Assembly: GCA_047150005.1 (NCBI GenBank)
Contig: AP038806.1
Location: 1,088,001-1,152,000 of the forward strand
DNA: 64,000 nucleotides
Direction: 5' to 3'
Origin: Nitrospira sp.
GTDB lineage: Bacteria > Nitrospirota > Nitrospiria > Nitrospirales > Nitrospiraceae
Shown: positions 9,050 through 17,957 of the stretch, in pieces
Numbering within the stretch: the stretch's first letter is position 1
How the letters are laid out: each line of letters starts with the position of its first letter
Notes under the pieces: model-generated
Databases searched by the model: none
What the model saw: only the letters and a program-made list of their open reading frames with translations
Told to the model about the DNA's origin: nothing
Translations under genes and position numbers: made by a program

Positions 9050-9895
9050 ATGGCTTCTCTCTATCGCAAGATTGACCCTCGCGTCTGGACTGACGAGAAG
9101 TTCCGTCGGCTGACCGGCGAGGAGCAGCGCATTGCCCTCTACATTTTGACCGCTCAATCGAACCGGATCGGCCTGTTCCGCTTCTCTCCCGCTAAGGCCA
9201 GCGAGGATCTTGGAACGTTACCCCTAACGTTCCACGAACGTTTCGAGAACGTCTGCCGAACCTTGAAATGGGAGTGGGATTCTGAGGCTCGTGTGCTCTA
9301 CCTCCCAACCTGGTGGCGATACAACCAACCACAGAATAGAAACAATGTCATTGGCAATCTGAAGGACCTCGACGATTTACCGGAAACCCCGCTGCTGGAG
9401 AGGTTTTACGCTAATACGACGTACCTCTCACCTGAGCTAATTGAAACGTTTACCCAAACGTTAGGGGAACGTTACCCCCAACGTTACCCCAAACGTTCGC
9501 CATCTCAGAAGCAGGAGCAAGAGCAGAAGCAGGAGCAAGAGCAGGAGCAAGAACAGGATGCGGTGAACCGCAGGTTTGACGAGGTCTGGAATCAATTCCC
9601 GAAAAGGAACGGGAAGCGATTAGGGAAACCCGAGGCACTCGCGAAATTTCGCCTGCTCCCGCCGGGGGATCAGGCTCTCGTGCGAGTCGCCGCAAAACAC
9701 TATGCGGATAGCGAACTGGTTCGGCAGGGCATCGGCATCAAAGATGCGCATCGGTGGTTACGCAATGGGAAGGGCAACGAGCCTTGGCGTGACTGGATCG
9801 AGCCAGAGGAACGCACAAACAAGGAGACCGCTCATGGACGCCACGTACCACGGACTGGGTTTGCCGAACGAGACTACCGGGATGGAGCCTTCTGA
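9050..9895 (+). CDS. phage replication initiator / replisome organiser
   Basis: N-terminus YRKIDPRVWTDEKF, a QEQEQ linker, C-terminal FDEVWNQFPK...K, internal iterons, and a DnaC-like gene directly downstream. Confidence 0.8.
   Translation: MASLYRKIDPRVWTDEKFRRLTGEEQRIALYILTAQSNRIGLFRFSPAKASEDLGTLPLTFHERFENVCRTLKWEWDSEARVLYLPTWWRYNQPQNRNNVIGNLKDLDDLPETPLLERFYANTTYLSPELIETFTQTLGERYPQRYPKRSPSQKQEQEQKQEQEQEQEQDAVNRRFDEVWNQFPKRNGKRLGKPEALAKFRLLPPGDQALVRVAAKHYADSELVRQGIGIKDAHRWLRNGKGNEPWRDWIEPEERTNKETAHGRHVPRTGFAERDYRDGAF
9214..9497. repeat. two clusters of AACGTT-core iterons (putative phage origin)
   Basis: AACGTT at 9214, 9226, 9237 (variants at 9248, 9259) and at 9445, 9457, 9468, 9480, 9492; spacing 11-12 bp. 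Confidence 0.75.
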
Positions 9896-10622
9896 ACCAG
9901 CTGCGATCTGTGCACGCCATGGGATACCCGTTGAACGACATATCATCTCAGTCTCGGGGATGACATGGTCCTTCGATTCCGGATGTCGCAGCTGTGAGGA
10001 AGACGCAGCAGAGCATGAGCGTCGAGCAGAACAGCGGCGTGTTGAAGCCGCCCAGAAAGAGGCCGGAATCCCGGATCGGTTTCGAATGGCTACTCTGTCG
10101 AAATTTCCAGTGGCAGCGCCAGGACAAGCCGACGTACTAGATGCTGCAGCGGCATTTGTCACAACTGGGGGACTGAGTAGCACAGGGTTGATCCTGGTTG
10201 GAAGCACAGGATCCGGCAAGACACACGTCGCCTGCGCGATCCTCAACGCGTTTCTCAGGCAAAAGCTGTCGGGACGATACTGTGCCAGCATCCAAGAGCT
10301 CCTTCGTCCCATCAAGGAAACGTGGCGGCCGAAGAGCGAGACGTCTGAACGCCAGGCGCTGGGCGCCCTATACATGCCCTCACTCCTCATCGTCGATGAG
10401 GTCGGACTGCACGACTTGGACAATCGAGACTGCGCATTCATGACCGAAATTGTGAATGGTCGGTACGGCCGGAAGGTCCCGACGATCTTGGTCAGCAACC
10501 TCACCTTGCGTGAACTGGAGCCCCTTCTCGGTGATCGTATCATTGACCGGTTCCGGGAAGGAGGCAAGACGTTAGTGTTTGGCTGGCCCTCCTTGCGGCC
10601 GAGGCTTCAGGGTCGGACATGA
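9882..10622 (+). CDS. DnaC/IstB-like ATPase (helicase loader)
   Basis: CxxH/CxxC zinc motif, GIPDRF, Walker A GSTGSGKT, Walker B LLIVDE, PTILVSN, GDRIIDR. Confidence 0.9.
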   Translation: MEPSEPAAICARHGIPVERHIISVSGMTWSFDSGCRSCEEDAAEHERRAEQRRVEAAQKEAGIPDRFRMATLSKFPVAAPGQADVLDAAAAFVTTGGLSSTGLILVGSTGSGKTHVACAILNAFLRQKLSGRYCASIQELLRPIKETWRPKSETSERQALGALYMPSLLIVDEVGLHDLDNRDCAFMTEIVNGRYGRKVPTILVSNLTLRELEPLLGDRIIDRFREGGKTLVFGWPSLRPRLQGRT

Positions 10623-10909
10623 GACTCATGACATTGGGCGAAGCCGCCGCCTTTCTTCGGCTGTCTCGCTCATCTCTCTACCAGCGGAAGGACATTCCCC
10701 GGTATCGGCGGCCAGGATCCCGGGTCATCTTGTTCGACCAGGACGAGCTCGAGGCGTGGCTTCAGCAGGGACGCATCGACGCCAGTACCGGAAGAGGCGA
10801 GAGCCCCTCATCAGGTCAAGACGAGCACCACGAGGTGCCAAAGGCCTGCATCAGTCCCGTGGATATTTCTCCGTCGCGTGTTTATCATCGGAGCGCCCGC
10901 TACCGGTAA
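10619..10909 (+). CDS. excisionase-family HTH protein
   Basis: LMTLGEAAAFLRLSRSSLY...FDQDELEAWL. Confidence 0.85.
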   Translation: MRLMTLGEAAAFLRLSRSSLYQRKDIPRYRRPGSRVILFDQDELEAWLQQGRIDASTGRGESPSSGQDEHHEVPKACISPVDISPSRVYHRSARYR

Positions 10910-10912
10910 CAC

Positions 10913-12277
10913 ATGAAGTATTCCATCACCACGCGGCCGACGAACAAGGGACTGGCGTTCGATCTATACGTCCGCTGGAAAGGCCAGCGCTACCGACCGT
11001 TGCTCGGGTACAACCTGACGAAGGAGCAAGCCGACGAAGCGGCGATCGCGATGATCGCCCGCATTCAACGAGAGGCGACCGCGCCGCCGGCGACAAGATC
11101 GACAGCTCCCACCCTGAAAGAGTTTCTCCCCCTGTACTGGCAGACCATGCGGGTCAAGAAACGGGTCGATCTCCGTCGGCCAGCCTCCGTGATTGAGACG
11201 CACCTGGTGCCTCGCTTTGGCGATCGGGCGCTCGACACCCTCACGGCCGAAGATGGACTCGATTACATTACGGCCCGGCTGGAGGCGAAGGCGGCGCCGT
11301 GGACCATCCGTCGCGAGTGGACCGTGCTGATGCGGATCCTGAACCTGGCCGTCGACTTTGAGAAGCTGGACAAGAACCGGCTCCGCCGCGTGCAGCTCCC
11401 CGACGTGGCAAACCGCGAGCGCGTGGCTTCCGACGAGGAACTGACTCGGATCGCGCAGGTCCTTCACAGCACCAGACAGGAAATCCGCTTGCGTGAGCAG
11501 ATGCAGCAGCTCTTGTCTGACCCGACCCTCTCGGCGTCTCGCCAACGAACGATCACCCACTACCACCGCTCCGCGATCGAGCTCGACCGTGCGGCTCGGG
11601 CAACCATGCTTCGCGTGCTCCTCGTCGCCCTGCATACCGGCCTCCGGGAGGCAAAGATTCTAGAGATCAGCCGGTCATGGCTGCTCGAACGCGAAGATGG
11701 CTGGTGGTTGGTCCTGCCGCCGGCACGGAGCCGCTTGAAGGGCACCCCGAAGGAGCTTCCCCTCAACACGGCGGCTGCGCAGGCCCTGCTCGATGCCCGG
11801 CGGCACAAGCAGGCCGACATTGCCGGCCGGCTCTTCAGTCGGTGGGAATCGGCCGCCACGATGGGCACGTACTTCCGGCGTCTCTGCCAGCACGCAGCGA
11901 TCACCGATCTCCACTTCCACGACCTGCGCCACGTGTTCACGACGAGACTACAGAATCTCGGGGTCGGGCTCGAGGTCCGCGCTGCCCTGCTAGGGCACCG
12001 CCTTCGCTCGCAGCAGGGCGATCTCCTCGGCGGCCAGGTCATCACGAGCGCCTACTCACACGGCGGCGTGGGCTGGAATGCGGAGCTACGACGTGCCGTC
12101 AGTTTGTTGGAGCATGCCTATCCAGCGGAATTGTCCGATGGAATGTCCTATGGCACATTCCGCGAGATCGTGGCGCAGGCGGTCAATGCGCCGAACATCT
12201 TGAATCCAAGCGAGAAAAAGTGGTGGTCCCAACGGGATTCGAACCCGTGTCTGAGCCTTGAGAGGGCTCCGTCCTAG
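10913..12277 (+). CDS. int: tyrosine integrase
   Basis: TGLREAK, HFHDLRH, LLGH and AY motifs; abuts and overlaps tRNA-Glu. Confidence 0.92.
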   Translation: MKYSITTRPTNKGLAFDLYVRWKGQRYRPLLGYNLTKEQADEAAIAMIARIQREATAPPATRSTAPTLKEFLPLYWQTMRVKKRVDLRRPASVIETHLVPRFGDRALDTLTAEDGLDYITARLEAKAAPWTIRREWTVLMRILNLAVDFEKLDKNRLRRVQLPDVANRERVASDEELTRIAQVLHSTRQEIRLREQMQQLLSDPTLSASRQRTITHYHRSAIELDRAARATMLRVLLVALHTGLREAKILEISRSWLLEREDGWWLVLPPARSRLKGTPKELPLNTAAAQALLDARRHKQADIAGRLFSRWESAATMGTYFRRLCQHAAITDLHFHDLRHVFTTRLQNLGVGLEVRAALLGHRLRSQQGDLLGGQVITSAYSHGGVGWNAELRRAVSLLEHAYPAELSDGMSYGTFREIVAQAVNAPNILNPSEKKWWSQRDSNPCLSLERAPS

Positions 12278-12298
12278 GCCAGGCTAGACGATGGGACC
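12221..12298 (-). tRNA. tRNA-Glu(CTC)
   Basis: GGTCCCA...GAGCC-CTCTCAA-GGCTC...GGTTCGAATCC...TGGGACCACCA. Confidence 0.97.
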
Positions 12299-12703
12299 CA
12301 TGCAATCAATTACGGCAAGAAAGCTCAGCAGAGGGGCGACTGTATCATAGGGTCTGAGCGGGGTTCAATGCACGCATACTGGTTCCATACTCCCGCGACG
12401 TTGTCCTCAATGCGGCAAGGACGAGGCACCGGACACACGACCTGTGAAGGAAGGGGAAACCCACTGCAGAGCATGTATCCCGGTGATTCGCTGCATAAGT
12501 CGAACGGCACGAGCAAGGGCCTCAAGCAGCAGATGGAAGACTCAACTTGGCGAAAGCCCGGCTAGACGATGGGACCAGCAACGGGGCGTCCGGATAGGCC
12601 GCTCGATGCGACATCTTGACAGCCACGCGGACATGGCCTAGCGTGTGGTATTCACATCCCTTTTCGACTATCGGACTGATTCGCTCGCCGACAAATTTCC
12701 CGC

Positions 12704-13240
12704 ATGAAGGACTGGGTCGACACAGATCCGATGAAACTGGATGGTTCACCAGGGACCATCGAAGAAGCAAGACCGGAACAAGGCCTTGAGTTACACGTCG
12801 GCTCGAACGTGTTTCGCAGGACCAACGGTGTGGTAAAAGTTCAAGGCAAAGAACATTTGGTCCTTGAAGTCCGCCCCGATCCTCCCGCCCTCTTCCTGAC
12901 CATGGACATCTACGATGAACAAGGACGGCGTATCGGGCATCTTCGCCGAAATTCCGTGTCTGCGTCTTTGGCGGCCAGGTTCGCGGTGTCCTCCAGCGCG
13001 GCGCCGGATCTGACAATCAATGATGCGCTGAACGTGATGGTCGTGGATCGGGAGACAGGGCGGACGCTCATCGAAGCGTATCTATTCCAAAATCGGAAGA
13101 TCCGCATCGCCTCCGGCCAGTTCTATTCACACAAGGGAGAGTTCGTTTCCATCAGCCCGCACTACTGTCGGGTCGGCACGGGATTCGCGCGCTTCGGCGA
13201 CGTCATCGAGAGTCGAGGCGGCACGGCCACCATCGATTGA
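12704..13240 (+). CDS. hypothetical protein
   Basis: 178-aa ORF with host-like codon usage. Confidence 0.6.
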   Translation: MKDWVDTDPMKLDGSPGTIEEARPEQGLELHVGSNVFRRTNGVVKVQGKEHLVLEVRPDPPALFLTMDIYDEQGRRIGHLRRNSVSASLAARFAVSSSAAPDLTINDALNVMVVDRETGRTLIEAYLFQNRKIRIASGQFYSHKGEFVSISPHYCRVGTGFARFGDVIESRGGTATID

Positions 13241-13331
13241 CGCTCCGTTGCGCTCTCATCCTCACATTCGCCCTGAGCCGTCGCCTGTGAAGAACATCAT
13301 CCCTTTTGACAAGCAGGAGAAGTCTCGTACA

Positions 13332-13754
13332 ATGGTGCCGATGACCGACATCGTCAAACCCAGCGTCCAGGCCTTTCTCGTGTGCGATCAGGTGATCGAG
13401 GACAGCGTCACCAAGAAAAAGAGCCTGATCGGCCTGTTCACGCATCTCCAGGCTGCGGCCTTTCCCTTCCAACATCAACAGATGGGCCTGTACTTCTGCC
13501 TGACCGACGCCGAAGGGACCTACCAGTTCGACATCGATTTGGTCTATCTGAACGCGGAACAATTGGTGTGTCGCGCCACGCTGCCGAACATCATCATCGG
13601 GGATCGCCTGCAGATCTCCGATTTCGGCATCAATATCCCTTCGTTGATCTTTCCGGCTCCGGGACGATATGAGTTCCGTCTGCGCATGGAAGGGCATCTC
13701 ATCGCGCAGAAAGACTTCAACGTGATGCAGCTCCAGCCTCATCCGGCCTCCTGA
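13332..13754 (+). CDS. DUF6941-like beta-sandwich protein
   Basis: LVCDQVIED..T.KKSLIGLF and FPAPGRYEF motifs. Confidence 0.7.
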   Translation: MVPMTDIVKPSVQAFLVCDQVIEDSVTKKKSLIGLFTHLQAAAFPFQHQQMGLYFCLTDAEGTYQFDIDLVYLNAEQLVCRATLPNIIIGDRLQISDFGINIPSLIFPAPGRYEFRLRMEGHLIAQKDFNVMQLQPHPAS

Positions 13755-13771
13755 CATCGATCCGAAGTAAC

Positions 13772-13828
13772 CGTGAAGCGTATCTCGTGAAGCGTTGTTC
13801 GCTCGCGAGATACGAACGAGGAGATACG
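13772..13828. repeat. intergenic palindromic repeat (CGTGAAGCG/TATCTCG type); related copy at 28597-28670
   Basis: cgtgaagcgtatctcgtgaagcg...cgagatacg; the same motifs recur after hscA. Confidence 0.65.
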
Positions 13829-13905
13829 TTCTGCGCCAGCCCTTCTCCCGCTTCCGCCTGTTGTGGTAAAACAGCTGATCTTTGAGGTTTTCGGAGATAG
13901 ATCGA

Positions 13906-15591
13906 ATGGCCGAATCGAACGGCGCATCCAATTTCATCCGCGACATCGTGCTGGCCGACCGGGCGGCCGGCAAGCACGGCGGTCGCGTCGTCACACGCTT
14001 TCCGCCGGAGCCGAACGGCCATCTCCACATCGGCCATGCCAAGTCGATCTGTCTGAATTTTGGGCTGGCTCAAGAAGATCCAGAGGGGGTCTGCCATCTC
14101 CGGTTCGACGACACCAATCCCACGACCGAGGATCTCGCCTACGTCCAGTCGATCGAGGACGACGTGCGATGGCTGGGATTCGATTGGCAGGGCAAGATGT
14201 TCTTTGCGTCCGATTACTTCGAGCAGCTCTATCGCTTCGGCGAGCGATTGATCACGAAGGGCCTGGCCTATGTCGACAGCCTGACCGCCGACGAGATGCG
14301 GAGCTATCGGGGGACCCTGACGGAACCGGGAAAGAACAGCCCCTATCGTGACCGGTCCGTGGAGGAAAATCTGACCCTCTTTCGGCGGATGAGGACGGGA
14401 GAATTTCCCGACGGGACGCACGTGCTCCGGGCGAAGATCGACATGGCGTCTCCCAATATGAATCTCCGCGATCCGGTGCTCTACCGCATCAGGCATGCAG
14501 CCCATTATCGGACCGGTTCGACCTGGTGCCTGTATCCGTCCTACGACTATGCCCATCCGCTGTCCGATGCCATCGAGGGCATTACCCACTCGATCTGTAC
14601 CCTGGAGTTCGAAGATCACCGCCCGCTCTACGACTGGGTCGTGGCGGAAGCCGAGACTCGGCATCGCCCGCAGCAGATCGAGTTCGCACGGCTGAACATC
14701 GAGCAGGCGGTCATGAGCAAGCGCAAGCTGCTTGAACTGGTCGAACGCAAGCTGGTCGCCGGCTGGGACGATCCCCGGCTCCCGACCATCAAAGGCCTGC
14801 GCCGGCGCGGCTACACACCGGAAGCCATCCGCGCATTTTGCGATCACATCGGTGTGGCCAAACGCGATGCCCTGGTGGAAATGCAGCTACTCGAGTATTT
14901 CATCCGCGAGGACCTGAACAAACGTTCCCAACGGGTCATGGCGGTGCTGAAGCCGCTGAAAATTGTGATTGAGAACTATCCGGCCGACAAGACGGAAGGG
15001 CTGGACGCCATCAACAATCCGGAGGACCTCTCCGCAGGCACCAGAAAGGTTCCATTCTCCAGGACGCTCTATATTGAACAAGACGACTTCCTCGAAGATC
15101 CTCCAAAAGAATTCTTCCGTCTCGCCCCGGGACGGGAAGTCCGGCTCCGATACGCGTACATCATCAAGTGCCTCCGCGTCATCAAAGACCCGGTCAGCGA
15201 CCAGGTCACCGAACTGCACTGCACCTACGATCCCGAAACCAGGAGCGGCGCAGCACAGGCCAAGCGAAAGGTGAAAGCGACGATCCACTGGGTCTCGGCT
15301 GCGCACGCCGTCAAAGCGGAAGTCCGCCTCTACAACCCGTTACTCACGACGGATCTGGCCAAGGTTCCTCCCGATCATGACTGGACCGTCTATCTCAATC
15401 CACAGTCCCTGGAAGTTCTGACCGGCTGCCTGGTCGAACCGAGCCTCAATCAGGTCGTGCACGGCGCCAAGTTCCAGTTCGAGCGGTTGGGCTATTTCTG
15501 CGCGGATCCGGACTCCATGCCCGGGAAACCAGTCTTCAATCGGACGGTCTCGCTGAAGGATGCCTGGGCCAAAGCGGCCAGGGGCCGCTGA
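13906..15591 (+). CDS. glnS: glutamine--tRNA ligase
   Basis: [32 protein letters not shown]. Confidence 0.97.
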   Translation: MAESNGASNFIRDIVLADRAAGKHGGRVVTRFPPEPNGHLHIGHAKSICLNFGLAQEDPEGVCHLRFDDTNPTTEDLAYVQSIEDDVRWLGFDWQGKMFFASDYFEQLYRFGERLITKGLAYVDSLTADEMRSYRGTLTEPGKNSPYRDRSVEENLTLFRRMRTGEFPDGTHVLRAKIDMASPNMNLRDPVLYRIRHAAHYRTGSTWCLYPSYDYAHPLSDAIEGITHSICTLEFEDHRPLYDWVVAEAETRHRPQQIEFARLNIEQAVMSKRKLLELVERKLVAGWDDPRLPTIKGLRRRGYTPEAIRAFCDHIGVAKRDALVEMQLLEYFIREDLNKRSQRVMAVLKPLKIVIENYPADKTEGLDAINNPEDLSAGTRKVPFSRTLYIEQDDFLEDPPKEFFRLAPGREVRLRYAYIIKCLRVIKDPVSDQVTELHCTYDPETRSGAAQAKRKVKATIHWVSAAHAVKAEVRLYNPLLTTDLAKVPPDHDWTVYLNPQSLEVLTGCLVEPSLNQVVHGAKFQFERLGYFCADPDSMPGKPVFNRTVSLKDAWAKAARGR

Positions 15592-15675
15592 AACTCCCTG
15601 ATTGCTTTACCGCACAAGCGGGTTTGCTACACTCAAGGCAGCAGCGGTGTCGTTTCAGACGAAGGAGACTACCGA

Positions 15676-16011
15676 ATGATTGAATGCCGCATGCATCCTC
15701 GTGTCCCCGTCGATATGCAAGTCTACTTCTCCACGACCGGCAACAGGCTGATTCGGGAGGGGACGATGTTCGATCTGTCCGCGGGCGGCTGCGCGGTCGC
15801 CAGCACCACCTCCGTCCGGTCGGGATCGGCGGTACGGATTCTGATTCGCGCCACGGATTTGGGATCGCCCATCACGATCGAGTCGGCCGCGGTCCGCTGG
15901 AGCGAGCACGGAGAATTCGGGGTCGAATTCATCGGCCTGTCGGAAATCGATCAACACCGCCTGCACCGGTTGCTTCAAGCCACCACCGTGAGTCAGATCC
16001 GGCCGAGCTGA
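15676..16011 (+). CDS. PilZ-domain protein
   Basis: RxxxR (RMHPR) and DLSAGG motifs. Confidence 0.85.
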   Translation: MIECRMHPRVPVDMQVYFSTTGNRLIREGTMFDLSAGGCAVASTTSVRSGSAVRILIRATDLGSPITIESAAVRWSEHGEFGVEFIGLSEIDQHRLHRLLQATTVSQIRPS

Positions 16012-16059
16012 TCCCTTGGGCAGGCTCTGTCGATCGTGACGATGCTTATTCCTTGTTAG

Positions 16060-17237
16060 GGAAGGTCTGATTTATTCACATTTCCACTCAGAAATTTGTT
16101 CCTGGGCTGATCAGCAGGACGAATCCGGTAGGCATCCGCTGGTCCGGGAGCCTGTTCATGGGGCGCACCCACCGTCCGATGGCTCGTTGCCAGTCTCCGG
16201 ACCCCCGTTCCCTACGTCTCCGCCAAAAGCCGTCGCCGCACCATGTACAGATTGGCCAAGCCGCAGCTGATCTGGAGCCAGTGGGTGTTCTTCGCCAACC
16301 CACGGTACCGGACTTTGGCCCAGCCGAAGATCCGCTTCATCACCAAGAACACATGTTCGACCTTCGCACGGACCTTCGACTTCGTCCGGTTCCTGGCCCG
16401 CTCCGGTTCACTCAGCGGCTGATGGCGATGGGCTTTCGTCTGCACGAAGCTCTTGGCCCTGGGGGCGTGGCGCTGCATCACGTCACGTTGCCCGCTATAA
16501 GCTGAGTCGCCCCACACCCGGGTCTCCTGCCCATGCAGCAGTTTGGGCAACACCTGACTGTCATGGATATTCGCCGCCGTGGCCGCGACCGAATGAATCA
16601 GCTTGGTGCGGCTGTCCACGCCAATATGGGCCTTCATGCCGAAGTACCACTGGTTTCCCTTCTTTGTCTGATGCATCTCCGGATCCCGCTCCTTCGTACG
16701 ATTCTTCGTCGAACTGGGGGCACTGATAATGGTGGCATCCACGATGGTGCCCCGGCTCACGGTCAAGCCCTGCGCCGCCAGATACGTGCCGATCCGCGCA
16801 AAGAGCTGTTTCCCCAACTCGTGGGCCTCCAAGAGATGCCGAAACTTGCAGATGGTCGTCTCGTCGGGCACGGGCTCACGGCCCAGATCAATGCCCACGA
16901 ACTGCCGCATGGCCCGCGAGTCGTACAACGCTTCCTCCACGGCGGGGTCCGACAGGTTGAACCATTGTTGCAGACAATGGAGGCGCAGCATGCGTTCGAT
17001 CCCGATCGGTGGACGCCCCGGGCCCTCGGCCTTGGGATAGACCGGCTCGATCACGGCCACCAACTCCGCCCACGGCACCACGCGATCCATCTCGTCGAGG
17101 AACCGCTCGCGGCGGGTGGGTTTGCGATACTGTTCGAACGTGCCCTCGGCAAAGGTCTGTTGCGGCATGGGGGTGCCTCCTCAGAAGTGAGGCGCCATCC
17201 TTAGCATATCTCGGAAGAGGAATAAATCAGACCTTCC
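16060..17237 (-). mobile_element. IS5-family insertion sequence, complete
   Basis: Perfect 18-bp IRs GGAAGGTCTGATTTATTC (16060-77 and 17220-37); TTAG target duplication (16056-59 and 17238-41). Confidence 0.97.
16212..17168 (-). CDS. IS5-family transposase
   Basis: LQQWFNLSD, VDATII, WYFGMKAHIGVD, GDSAY, RAKVEHVF. Confidence 0.97.
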   Translation of the reverse strand: MPQQTFAEGTFEQYRKPTRRERFLDEMDRVVPWAELVAVIEPVYPKAEGPGRPPIGIERMLRLHCLQQWFNLSDPAVEEALYDSRAMRQFVGIDLGREPVPDETTICKFRHLLEAHELGKQLFARIGTYLAAQGLTVSRGTIVDATIISAPSSTKNRTKERDPEMHQTKKGNQWYFGMKAHIGVDSRTKLIHSVAATAANIHDSQVLPKLLHGQETRVWGDSAYSGQRDVMQRHAPRAKSFVQTKAHRHQPLSEPERARNRTKSKVRAKVEHVFLVMKRIFGWAKVRYRGLAKNTHWLQISCGLANLYMVRRRLLAET

Positions 17238-17310
17238 TTAGTAGATAAGGGGACAGACACCGCGCAGGAAGGCGGGAAGGATGTCAGTCCCCTATGGTAG
17301 AATTTTGGGC

Positions 17311-17526
17311 ATGATCTGCCCCCTGTGCCGCCGGCCGACGACGTGGAAAGCCAACCCTTGGCGACCGTTCTGCTCGGAACGCTGTCAGCTCACCGACCTC
17401 GGCACCTGGGCCGCGGAAGAATACCGTGTGCCGGGACCGAGCTTGACGATGGAACTTCCATCAGAACCTTCCGGAGAATCGAGCCGGGAAGCCGGCCCAC
17501 AAGTCGGCAAAAATAAGCAGGCCTGA
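17311..17526 (+). CDS. yacG: DNA gyrase inhibitor YacG
   Basis: CPLC...[15 protein letters not shown]. Confidence 0.9.
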   Translation: MICPLCRRPTTWKANPWRPFCSERCQLTDLGTWAAEEYRVPGPSLTMELPSEPSGESSREAGPQVGKNKQA

Positions 17527-17639
17527 GTCGGATAGCCCCTGCGATCGGCGTTCCTTCCTGGAACTCTCACAGACTACCTCCGAATCCCTCTTCAATGACT
17601 GCGGTATCGGTGGTCCTCCGTTTCATGGCAGGCAATTGA

Positions 17640-17871
17640 CCGCGATCTTGCTCAAGTCTTTATCGGCTCCGCATGACTACCGCGCCTATGTGAATCTCCT
17701 CAAGACCGACTGGATCATGATCCTGGTCGGCGCCCCCGGACAGACCCACGCCCCTCGAACGAGTCCGACGTTAAAGTCATTCCGATCCAGCAGGTCAACG
17801 AGGCTTATGAAGGTGTGGTCAAGGGCGACGTGCAGTTCCGGTTCGTCATCGACTTGGCCTCGTTGCAATAG
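17640..17871 (+). pseudogene. internally deleted remnant of a zinc/NADP alcohol dehydrogenase (YahK/AdhC type)
   Basis: Fragments SAPHDYRAYVNLLK..MILVGAP and SDVKVIPIQQVNEAYEGVVKGDVQFRFVIDLASLQ* lie in different frames. Confidence 0.7.
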
Positions 17872-17957
17872 GCACGTCAGAGAACGAAGCGACGGCTGAA
17901 GAAAGCGGCAGAAGGACCAGGGTCAGCGTGGTACTGGGGGGTGACTGGGGGTATCGT

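Larger units (their letters stand above)
1..12298. mobile_element. right arm of a prophage- or satellite-like element integrated at the 3' end of tRNA-Glu (left end outside the window)
   Basis: Rep-DnaC-xis-int module ends at the tRNA; all genes are co-oriented and phage-like. Confidence 0.8.

Noticed and set aside
9505..9558. CAGGAGCAAGAG tandem repeat as a contingency locus
   Set aside because: It is an in-frame QE linker common in phage replication proteins.
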